Shown: in pieces, positions 27,638 through 35,464 of the stretch
Layout of the letters: every line of letters begins with the position of its first letter
How positions within the stretch are numbered: the stretch's first letter is position 1
Source of the DNA: Halanaerobium sp.
Lineage (GTDB): Bacteria; Bacillota; Halanaerobiia; Halanaerobiales; Halanaerobiaceae
Reading direction: 5' to 3'
Length of the DNA stretch: 64,000 nt
NCBI GenBank assembly: GCA_046260625.1
Contig: JBHEOV010000001.1
Location: forward strand, 3,005-67,004
Notes under the pieces: generated by a model
Told to the model about the DNA's origin: nothing
Databases searched by the model: none
What the model saw: the letters and a program-made list of their open reading frames with translations, nothing else
Made by a program: the position numbers and the translations under genes

Positions 27638-29357
27638 GATTCTAGTTGTTGAGCCTGCAAGCTGTAAAGACTGCTATAAGTGTCTGCGGGAATGTCCAGT
27701 AGCAGCAATTGGATTTAAAGACAATCAGGCATTTATCATTGAAGAAAAATGTATTTACTGTGGTAACTGTATTAAAACCTGTCCCCAGGGGGCTAAAAGT
27801 GCTTTATTTGAAGATAAGAAATTAGAAGCTTTTTTGGAATCGGATAGTTATTTAATTGCATCTTTAGCTCCATCTTTTGTAGCTGCTTTTCCTGAAGTTG
27901 AGCCAGGGCAGTTAATTAGAGCCTTAAAATTAATTGGTTTTGATTATATAGCTGAAACTGCAGAAGCTGCAGCGCGAGTTGTTAAAGAGTTTAAAGCCGA
28001 AAGAAAAAAGATGGATAACACTTTAATAACTTCCTGCTGTCCGGCTGTAGTAAATTTAATCGAAAAACACTATCCAGAATTACTGCCACAGCTGGCTTCA
28101 GTACTTTCTCCAATGATGCTGCAGACTGCTGAATTAAAAAATAACTTTGAGCGGGCAAGAGTTGTTTTTATCGGTCCCTGCCTGGCTAAAATTGAGGAAA
28201 GCAAAAATGAAAAAAGAAGAGATTACAGACCGGATATTGTAATTACCTTTGAACATCTGCGGCTTTTTTTAGAAGAGCAGGGAATCAAAATCTCTGAACT
28301 TAAAGAGTCAGAAGTGGAGCTTCCAGCCGCACAGCTGACTGCAGATTATGCTCTTTCTGGAGGAGCTGTTAAAGCTGCAGATCTGCTCAGAGCTGATCCC
28401 GGCTGTGGAAACAAAGCTCTGCATTTGAGTGGGCTGGATAATATAATAAATTTTTTAGAGGATTTAAAAAGAGATAAAGATAAAATTAAGGTAGAGCTGG
28501 TGGAACTGCTGGCCTGTTCTGGGGGCTGTATTAATGGTCCTGCTATAAATAATGAATTGAGTATTCCTTTAAAAGAACTGGAAGTACATAATTATTTAGC
28601 AGCCAATAAAAAAAATAAAATTAAAAAATACAGCCCGGCAAATAATAAAATATCAGTTAAGAGAAAACACAAGAACAAAAAAATGTTATTACCCGAGGTG
28701 CCTGAATCAGAAATCAGGAAAATATTATCTGCTATTGCTAAAGAAAGGAAAGAAGATGAAAAAGACTGTGGCGGCTGTGGTTATTCAAGCTGTAGAGAAA
28801 AGGCAGCAGCTGTATATCACGGCTTTGCAGAAAAGAAAATGTGTATTCCCTATATGAAATCAAGGGCTGAATCTCTTTCCCAAATTATTGTGGAATCATC
28901 ACATAATGCAATAATAGTAGTTAATGATCAAATGGAAATTCAGAAAATCAATCCTGTAGCCAGAGATTTATTTGCTCAAAAAAGCAGAAAACTGCAGGGG
29001 CTAAAATTAGATAAATTCATTAACAGCAGCAGTTTCCAAAAAGCCTGGGATCTTAATCAGCGTTTAATTCATAAAAAATGTTCTTATAAAAATGGAAGTA
29101 TTATAGTTGATCAAACAATTTTTGCTCTTAAAGAGCATAAAGTAATAGTTGGTATTTTAACTGATATTAGTAAACAGGAAAAACAGAGGCAGAAGCTGCA
29201 GCAAATGAAGAAAGTGGCTGTGGAAAAAACAAATGATGTTGTTAATAAACAGATGCAGACTGTTCAGGAAATAGCCGGACTTTTAGGAGAAACTACTGTG
29301 GAAACTAAGGCAGCTTTAACAGAACTTGCAGATCTGCTGCAGGCTGGTGATGATTAA
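27630..29357 (+). CDS. PAS-domain putative sensory [FeFe]-hydrogenase (HydS/HfsB-like, group C)
   Basis: Two ferredoxin motifs, H-cluster motifs TSCCP / GPCLAKIEE / ELLACSGGCING, CGGCGYSSC Fe-S domain, C-terminal PAS; ATG 27630 overlaps the hfsA-like stop. Confidence 0.88.
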   Translation: MNEILVVEPASCKDCYKCLRECPVAAIGFKDNQAFIIEEKCIYCGNCIKTCPQGAKSALFEDKKLEAFLESDSYLIASLAPSFVAAFPEVEPGQLIRALKLIGFDYIAETAEAAARVVKEFKAERKKMDNTLITSCCPAVVNLIEKHYPELLPQLASVLSPMMLQTAELKNNFERARVVFIGPCLAKIEESKNEKRRDYRPDIVITFEHLRLFLEEQGIKISELKESEVELPAAQLTADYALSGGAVKAADLLRADPGCGNKALHLSGLDNIINFLEDLKRDKDKIKVELVELLACSGGCINGPAINNELSIPLKELEVHNYLAANKKNKIKKYSPANNKISVKRKHKNKKMLLPEVPESEIRKILSAIAKERKEDEKDCGGCGYSSCREKAAAVYHGFAEKKMCIPYMKSRAESLSQIIVESSHNAIIVVNDQMEIQKINPVARDLFAQKSRKLQGLKLDKFINSSSFQKAWDLNQRLIHKKCSYKNGSIIVDQTIFALKEHKVIVGILTDISKQEKQRQKLQQMKKVAVEKTNDVVNKQMQTVQEIAGLLGETTVETKAALTELADLLQAGDD

Positions 29358-30511
29358 TGGGTCTTGTTTTTGAAGAGTTTTATAGATCTATTCCTAAAGC
29401 TGGGGAAGAAGTTTGTGGTGATAATGTAGAAATTATAAAAAAAGAAGATAAAACTATTGTTGTTTTATCAGATGGTCTTGGCAGCGGTATTAAGGCAAAT
29501 ATATTATCTACTTTAACTTCGAAAATCGCCTCCGGACTCTTGGATAAAGAATTAGCTTTAAAAGAAATTCTTTCAACTATCCTGGCAACACTCCCTGTCT
29601 GTGAAGTTAGAGGAATTGCCTATGCAACTCTGGCTTTTTTAATAATCGATCAGAATCAGGAGCTTCACTTAATTGAAATTGACAGTCCTTCAGCCTTTTT
29701 ATTTCGAAATAATCAGGTTGAAAAATTAAACTATAATGAATTTGAATTGGAAGGTAAAAAAATTAAAGAGGTGAACTTTAAATTTCAAAAAGAAGATCAG
29801 CTGTTTTTAGTTAGTGATGGGGTGACTCATGCTGGTATAGGCGGGCTTTTAAATTTTGGTTTAGGCTGGGATGGAGTCGCTAAGGAAATTGAAAGAACAG
29901 TAAAAAGAAATCAAAAAGATTTAAAATACAGCATTAATAAACTGGTTAAAGTTTTTAATGCTTTTTATGGTGATCAGGCTGGTGATGACTTTACTATTAT
30001 CGGCATGAAATACAGAAAGAAGAGGAAATTAAATATCTGGAGTGGTCCCCCTTTAAAAAAAGATGATGACAGTCTGCTGGCTCAAAAAATTTCTGAGGCA
30101 GAGGGCAAAAAAATAATAAGTGGAGGCACAACTGCTCAAATTGCTGCCCGGGAGTTAAATAGAGAATTAGAACCCGGTCTTAAATATTATGACAGGGATA
30201 TTCCTCCTACCAGTAAAATGAAAGGCTTTGATCTTTTAACAGAAGGCTTATTAACCTTAAATCGGGTGCTTTCTTTACTTAAAAAATACAAACCAGGTCA
30301 GATTCCGGTTGATGGTAAAGATGGAGCTTCTCGTTTCACCCGACTTTTACTGGAAAGTGATAGTGTTAAATTTTTTGTAGGACGGGCTGTTAATGAATCA
30401 CATCAGAGTTTGAATCTGCCTATTAGTTTAGGGATTAGAAGTCAGATAATCAGTCAGATAGCAGAACAACTGCAAAGAATAAAAAAAGATGTTGAAATTG
30501 AATGGTTTTAA
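29357..30511 (+). CDS. SpoIIE/PP2C family Ser/Thr phosphatase (HfsC-like)
   Basis: EEVCGD, LSDGLGSG, SDGVTHAG, GDDFT. Confidence 0.9.
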   Translation: MGLVFEEFYRSIPKAGEEVCGDNVEIIKKEDKTIVVLSDGLGSGIKANILSTLTSKIASGLLDKELALKEILSTILATLPVCEVRGIAYATLAFLIIDQNQELHLIEIDSPSAFLFRNNQVEKLNYNEFELEGKKIKEVNFKFQKEDQLFLVSDGVTHAGIGGLLNFGLGWDGVAKEIERTVKRNQKDLKYSINKLVKVFNAFYGDQAGDDFTIIGMKYRKKRKLNIWSGPPLKKDDDSLLAQKISEAEGKKIISGGTTAQIAARELNRELEPGLKYYDRDIPPTSKMKGFDLLTEGLLTLNRVLSLLKKYKPGQIPVDGKDGASRFTRLLLESDSVKFFVGRAVNESHQSLNLPISLGIRSQIISQIAEQLQRIKKDVEIEWF

Positions 30512-30529
30512 TCAGAGGAGGTGGATTAG

Positions 30530-30769
30530 ATGGCAAAAAACACTTTGAAAATTTGTATAGGAACTCCCTGTCATTTGATGGGAGCAGCTAATTTACTGGA
30601 AGCAGTAGAAAATATGGATCATAATCTGCGAAAAAAAATAGAACTAAAAACAAGCCACTGTATTGATAACTGCTGTGATCAGGCTCCGGTTGCTCAATTT
30701 AATGGTAAAGTCTATCAGGACCTGAACCCGGAAAAACTACATAAGATTATAATTGAAAATATAAGATAG
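30530..30769 (+). CDS. Second thioredoxin-like [2Fe-2S] ferredoxin
   Basis: CIGTPCHLMG...HCIDNCC...AP. Confidence 0.8.
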   Translation: MAKNTLKICIGTPCHLMGAANLLEAVENMDHNLRKKIELKTSHCIDNCCDQAPVAQFNGKVYQDLNPEKLHKIIIENIR

Positions 30770-30780
30770 GAGTTGTCAAA

Positions 30781-32202
30781 ATGAGTAATAATACTATTTC
30801 TGAAGTTGTTAAATTAAAAAGGAAATTGTATCTTGAATTATTACGACTTGTTAAATCAGGAAATTTGATAGAAGAAATTTCAAATTTATCAGAAAAAATG
30901 ATAACTAAGGATAGTCCTCGCTACAGGTGCTGTGAATTTAAAGAAAGAGCTATCTTTGACGAGAGAATAAAGGCTGTGCTGGGTTTTAACATTGCTGATA
31001 ATAAGGATCAAAGCTTAGAAGAGTTGGCCGCCTCATTACCCAGGCAGCAGAAGAACAGAAAGATAGTCGAAGTAATTGATACTGCCTGTGACAGCTGTCC
31101 GATTGATAAATACATAGTTACAGATGCCTGCAGAAATTGTGTTGCCCATAAATGTGTTAATGCCTGTCCGGTAAACGCTATAGTAATTATCCAGAATAAA
31201 GCCTATATCGATCAGTCTAAATGTGTAGAGTGTGGTAAATGTGCTCAGGCCTGTTCTTATAACGCTATTTTAGAAAATCAGCGTCCCTGCAGCAGAGCCT
31301 GTGAACTTGATGCTATTAGTTCTGACTCAAATCGTCAGGCAAAAATTGATAGAGATAAGTGTGTAAGCTGTGGCAGCTGTATTGAAGCCTGTCCTTTTGG
31401 AGCCATTACTGAGACAAGTGATTTAATAAAAGTTGCTCTGGAGCTGTTTTCAGATAAGAGCAAATTAGCTGCTATGCTGGCTCCATCTTTTGTTGGCCAA
31501 TTTGGTTATCAGCAGAGTGCGGGAAAAGTAAAATATGCCTTAAAAAAACTTGGCTTTGCTGAGGTAAAAGAAGTTGCTGCTGGAGCGGAAATAACAGCTG
31601 CTGCAGAAAGTAAAGAACTAGCAGAAAAAATTGAGGCAGATCAAACTTTATTATCTTCCTGCTGTCCGGCTTTTAAAAAAATGGTGGAAAATGACTTTGA
31701 AGAGCTTGCTGAACTAATTTCTACTACTGATTCTCCAATGGCTATTACAGCCAGAGAAATCAAAAGTGAAGCTTCTGAATTGCAGACAGTTTTTATTGGT
31801 CCCTGTACAGCAAAAAAAGAAGAAGCGCTGGCAGATGAAAATGTTGATTATGTTTTAACATTTGAGGAGTTAACTGCTTTATTTACTGCTTATGATATTA
31901 ATTTAGCCGAATTAAAAAAAGAAGAAAAAATGAATGATGCTGGAACTTTAGGCAGACAATTTGCTTTTGCAGGTGGTCTGGAATGTTCTCTGCAGGAATT
32001 ATTAGAAAGTGATTATGAAAGTAAACAGGTAGATGGTTTGGGAAAATTAAAAAAAGAACTTTATTTAATTAAGGCTGAAAAAAATAATTATAACTTTCTA
32101 GAAGGTATGGCCTGTGTGGGCGGCTGTATTGGTGGTCCCTCAGCTATGATTAATCAAAACAAAGCAAAAAAAATGGTAGAGGAATTTGCAGAGTCTTATT
32201 AA
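30781..32202 (+). CDS. Monomeric [FeFe]-hydrogenase (group B-type, HfsD-like)
   Basis: RYRCC..KERAI N-terminus, several CxxCxxCxxxC clusters, SSCCP / GPCTAKKEE / EGMACVGGCIGG. Confidence 0.9.
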   Translation: MSNNTISEVVKLKRKLYLELLRLVKSGNLIEEISNLSEKMITKDSPRYRCCEFKERAIFDERIKAVLGFNIADNKDQSLEELAASLPRQQKNRKIVEVIDTACDSCPIDKYIVTDACRNCVAHKCVNACPVNAIVIIQNKAYIDQSKCVECGKCAQACSYNAILENQRPCSRACELDAISSDSNRQAKIDRDKCVSCGSCIEACPFGAITETSDLIKVALELFSDKSKLAAMLAPSFVGQFGYQQSAGKVKYALKKLGFAEVKEVAAGAEITAAAESKELAEKIEADQTLLSSCCPAFKKMVENDFEELAELISTTDSPMAITAREIKSEASELQTVFIGPCTAKKEEALADENVDYVLTFEELTALFTAYDINLAELKKEEKMNDAGTLGRQFAFAGGLECSLQELLESDYESKQVDGLGKLKKELYLIKAEKNNYNFLEGMACVGGCIGGPSAMINQNKAKKMVEEFAESY

Positions 32203-32211
32203 CTTTTAATG

Positions 32212-32240
32212 TTGACACTCTAAATAATTTATAATAGAAT
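32212..32240 (+). promoter_or_regulatory. Sigma-A promoter of the ABC operon
   Basis: TTGACA-N17-TAGAAT. Confidence 0.8.
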
Positions 32241-32243
32241 TAA

Positions 32244-32262
32244 ATTGAGAATCATTTTCAAT
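32244..32262. promoter_or_regulatory. Fur box
   Basis: ATTGAGAATCATTTTCAAT; core TGAGAATCATTTTCA versus the 7-1-7 TGATAATnATTATCA, just downstream of the -10. Confidence 0.75.
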
Positions 32263-32300
32263 CTTTTTAATTATTATTATTTAGCAGAGGAGGAAAATAA

Positions 32301-33101
32301 TTGCTCTATCAGGCAGAGAACTTAAATAAACAATTTGGCAGTGAACAGATTTTAAAAGATATTTCTTTTAAACTGGAAAAAGGAGAAATAGTTACTTTTC
32401 TTGGGCCCAGCGGCTGTGGTAAGTCAACACTGCTCAGGATTTTAGCTGGTTTAGAAGCTTATGATAGTGGAAAGCTGATTAATAATGCTTCCCATACTGC
32501 TTTTATTTTTCAGGAAGATAGATTACTGCCCTGGCTGAATTTAAGAGATAATATAGAGTTAGTTTTAAAAGATCATCTCAGTAATCAGCAGGAAATTGAA
32601 GAAAAAATAGCTGCTGTTCTGGGAGCAGTTAATCTGGCTAAGTACCATCATTATCTGCCAAAAGAGCTTAGTGGTGGGATGAAACAGCGAGCTGCTATTG
32701 CTAGAGCTCTAGCAATCGAACCAGAATTACTGCTGATGGATGAGCCTTTTGCTAATCTTGATTTTCCGCTGCGGCTTGATTTAATAAAACTTCTGAGCAA
32801 AATTTTTGCTAAAAAAAGAATGGGCGGGATTTTTGTAACTCATGACAGCAGAGAAGCTGTTTTACTGGGAGATAAAATTATGATTATGCAGGATAATCCC
32901 GGCCGGATTGAAAGCTCTATTGAAATTACAATTCCAAAAGAAGAAAGATATTTAGAGTCAGAGGAAATCAGTCAGTATAATAAACTTTTAAATCATTATC
33001 TCTGCCGAAATATGGGAAAAGAACATATGCATCAGAGCTGTCGCCTGCTTGATAATATGAATTTTAGCTGTGAATCGTTAATTATTGATAAAGAAAAATA
33101 G
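32301..33101 (+). CDS. ABC ATPase, NitT/TauT/SsuB family
   Basis: GPSGCGKS, FQEDRLLPWL, LSGGMKQR, MDEPFANLD. Confidence 0.9.
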   Translation: MLYQAENLNKQFGSEQILKDISFKLEKGEIVTFLGPSGCGKSTLLRILAGLEAYDSGKLINNASHTAFIFQEDRLLPWLNLRDNIELVLKDHLSNQQEIEEKIAAVLGAVNLAKYHHYLPKELSGGMKQRAAIARALAIEPELLLMDEPFANLDFPLRLDLIKLLSKIFAKKRMGGIFVTHDSREAVLLGDKIMIMQDNPGRIESSIEITIPKEERYLESEEISQYNKLLNHYLCRNMGKEHMHQSCRLLDNMNFSCESLIIDKEK

Positions 33102-33142
33102 TTTTGTAGATTTTATTTATTTTAATTTTGGGGGTTATAATT

Positions 33143-34105
33143 ATGGAAAGTGGAACTTTAAAAAAGGGTAAATATTTTAGCACAGTTATTTTACTGCTTT
33201 TTTTACTTTTAGTTAGTGGTGGAATAGTAAATGCTGCAGCTGAACTTCGCCTCAGTGTTTCTGCCAGCCCATCATCTTTACCTGCTTTTTACCTGCAGGA
33301 TAATACAGAATCGATCGATCTGGATGTTTCTATTCACCGCAGTCGGAATATAGTCATTTCAAAGTTAATGCAGGGAGAAGTTGACGCTGCACTTTTATCA
33401 ACAAATGAGGCAGCTAAACTTTATAATCGAGATATAGAAGTTCAGCTGCTTGGAATTCACAACTGGGGACTTTTTTATCTGTTAAGCAGCAAAGAAGAAA
33501 TTGAAAGTTGGGAAGATTTAAGAGGAGAAAAAATTTATGTACCTGATAAGGGTGGCCCACTCGATATAGTTTTTCAGGAACTGGCTGCAAAAAAAGAGAT
33601 AGACTTTAAAACTGAGCTTCAGGTTGAGCGAGGAAAAATGAGAGAGGTAGCTCAGCTAATGATTAATGAGATGGCTGAAACAGCAGTAATTAGAGAGCCT
33701 TTTGTTTCACAGACTCTATTAAATAATCCTCAGAGCCGAATTGTTTTTGATCTGCAGCAGGAATGGGAAAAAGAATATGATTTTAGAATTGCTCAGTCAG
33801 CTTTAGTGGTACGTAAAGATTTTGCAGAAAATAATAAAGAGTTGATAGCCAAATTGGAAGAGCAGTATTTAAATTCTGTAAAAAAACTGGCAGAGGATAA
33901 TCAGTTAGCTGCTGAACTTGGCTTAAAGTATCTGGAAGTAAAACCAGAAGTAACATTAAAAGCTTATCCTTCTTTAAATTTAGACTATCAAAAGATTGCT
34001 GATGTCAAAGAAGAAGTTATTGCATATTTAGAGGTTTTAAAATCTTATAATCCAGAAACAATTGGTGGGAGCTTACCTGATGCAGAATTCTACTTCAGCT
34101 ATTAA
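33143..34105 (+). CDS. ABC substrate-binding protein, NitT/TauT (SsuA/THI5-like)
   Basis: Signal peptide, PBP2-like features (GEVDAAL, EDLRGEKI, REPF); lies between ATPase and permease; start 33128 or 33143. Confidence 0.8.
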   Translation: MESGTLKKGKYFSTVILLLFLLLVSGGIVNAAAELRLSVSASPSSLPAFYLQDNTESIDLDVSIHRSRNIVISKLMQGEVDAALLSTNEAAKLYNRDIEVQLLGIHNWGLFYLLSSKEEIESWEDLRGEKIYVPDKGGPLDIVFQELAAKKEIDFKTELQVERGKMREVAQLMINEMAETAVIREPFVSQTLLNNPQSRIVFDLQQEWEKEYDFRIAQSALVVRKDFAENNKELIAKLEEQYLNSVKKLAEDNQLAAELGLKYLEVKPEVTLKAYPSLNLDYQKIADVKEEVIAYLEVLKSYNPETIGGSLPDAEFYFSY

Positions 34106-34856
34106 AAAAAATAAAGATAATGATCCTAAAAATAAAAAAGAGTCATTTTATTATACTTTAATTAGTGCCTTTTTGATAATTGCTGGCTGGAAAATAATAT
34201 CTTTAAACTATAATCCAATTATTCTGCCGGCACCAGAAAAAGCTTTTTTTACAATTTATGAGATGATGCTGACTCAGTCTTTCTGGATTAGTCTCGGTTA
34301 TTCGTTTTTTCGAATTGTTAGTGGTTATCTGCTGGCAATGATCATTGGTACTGTAATTGGAATTATAATGGGCTTATATCAAAAAGCAGATAAGCTCCTG
34401 CGGCCGGTGGTTTCAATGCTGCAGACAGTGCCCAATATTTCCTGGATTTTGCTGGCAATTATCTGGTTTGGTCTTAATTCTAAAATAGTTATTTTTACCA
34501 TCTTTATTTCTTTAGCACCGATTTTTATAATCAATAGTGCTGAGGGAATAGAAAATACTCCAGCAGAATATCTGGAAATGGCAGCTGTTTATCGATTAAA
34601 GCCTTTAACTATATTTAGGAAAATTTATCTTTATTCAATCAAACCATATCTCCGCTCAGCAGCGGTGATAACCAGTGAGCGAGCCTGGAAAATTGGAGCG
34701 ATGGCTGAACTTTTAAGTCTGGATACAGGTATAGGTGCTGGACTATACTGGGCCCGCAATAATCTGCAGACTGAAAGAATTTTTGCCTGGACAATTGTCC
34801 TGATTTTAATGGGCTTTTTAAGTTCTAAGCTGCTTAAATATCTGCTTAAAAATTGA
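34080..34856 (+). CDS. ABC permease, NitT/TauT (SsuC-like)
   Basis: ILPAP, QTVPNISW...WFG, EYLEMA, AELL...GIG; start 34062 or 34080. Confidence 0.88.
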   Translation: MQNSTSAIKKNKDNDPKNKKESFYYTLISAFLIIAGWKIISLNYNPIILPAPEKAFFTIYEMMLTQSFWISLGYSFFRIVSGYLLAMIIGTVIGIIMGLYQKADKLLRPVVSMLQTVPNISWILLAIIWFGLNSKIVIFTIFISLAPIFIINSAEGIENTPAEYLEMAAVYRLKPLTIFRKIYLYSIKPYLRSAAVITSERAWKIGAMAELLSLDTGIGAGLYWARNNLQTERIFAWTIVLILMGFLSSKLLKYLLKN

Positions 34857-34883
34857 TAAAAACTTATAAATGTATTATAATTG

Positions 34884-34908
34884 AAATGCCGGGATACCGG
34901 CATTTTTC
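34884..34908 (+). terminator. Intrinsic terminator
   Basis: AAATGCCGG-GATA-CCGGCATTTTT. Confidence 0.85.
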
Positions 34909-34918
34909 TGTTAAATAT

Positions 34919-34948
34919 GCAGGAAATTAATAACTGAAGCTAGAATAT
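34919..34948 (+). promoter_or_regulatory. SigH-like promoter
   Basis: GCAGGAAAT...CTAGAATA, i.e. AGGA-N18-GAAT. Confidence 0.45.
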
Positions 34949-34971
34949 GATTAGTTAGTGGAGTGGTTTAG

Positions 34972-35415
34972 ATGAAAAATTATCCTGAAGGCGGAGTTTA
35001 TCTTTTAAAAATAAAATTAGAAAAGAAAAAAGAAATTAAAGTTGGGGCACTGGGCAAAACAGCTTTTGCTCCCGGCTATTATTTTTATGCAGGAACTGCT
35101 CAGCGTAATCTTGAAGCCAGAATTAAGCGTCACTACAGCAGCCAGAAAAAATTTCACTGGCATATTGATTATTTTTTAGCTGAAGCAGAATTAGAAAAAG
35201 ATTTTGTGTTTAAACTGCCCGGTGAGGGAGAGTGTTTTCTGGCCGAGACTTTAATAAATCAGGGAGGGAAAACTCCTGCTGCTGGTTTTGGGGCCAGCGA
35301 CTGCAGCTGTGGCAGTCATTTAATCTATTTCCCTTTAAAGACAGGCGAAAAAATTGTAGAAGATTTAATAGATGCTAGAGATTTAAGAGCAGAATTTAGT
35401 AATTTTAAAGAATAA
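34972..35415 (+). CDS. GIY-YIG (DUF123/Uri-like) endonuclease
   Basis: GVYLL...GYYFYAGTA, RIKRH, HWHIDY, GFGASDCSCGSHL. Confidence 0.85.
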   Translation: MKNYPEGGVYLLKIKLEKKKEIKVGALGKTAFAPGYYFYAGTAQRNLEARIKRHYSSQKKFHWHIDYFLAEAELEKDFVFKLPGEGECFLAETLINQGGKTPAAGFGASDCSCGSHLIYFPLKTGEKIVEDLIDARDLRAEFSNFKE

Positions 35416-35464
35416 TAATTTAATCAGAATACAATTAAGTTAATTTAAATAAGGAAGTGGTCTG

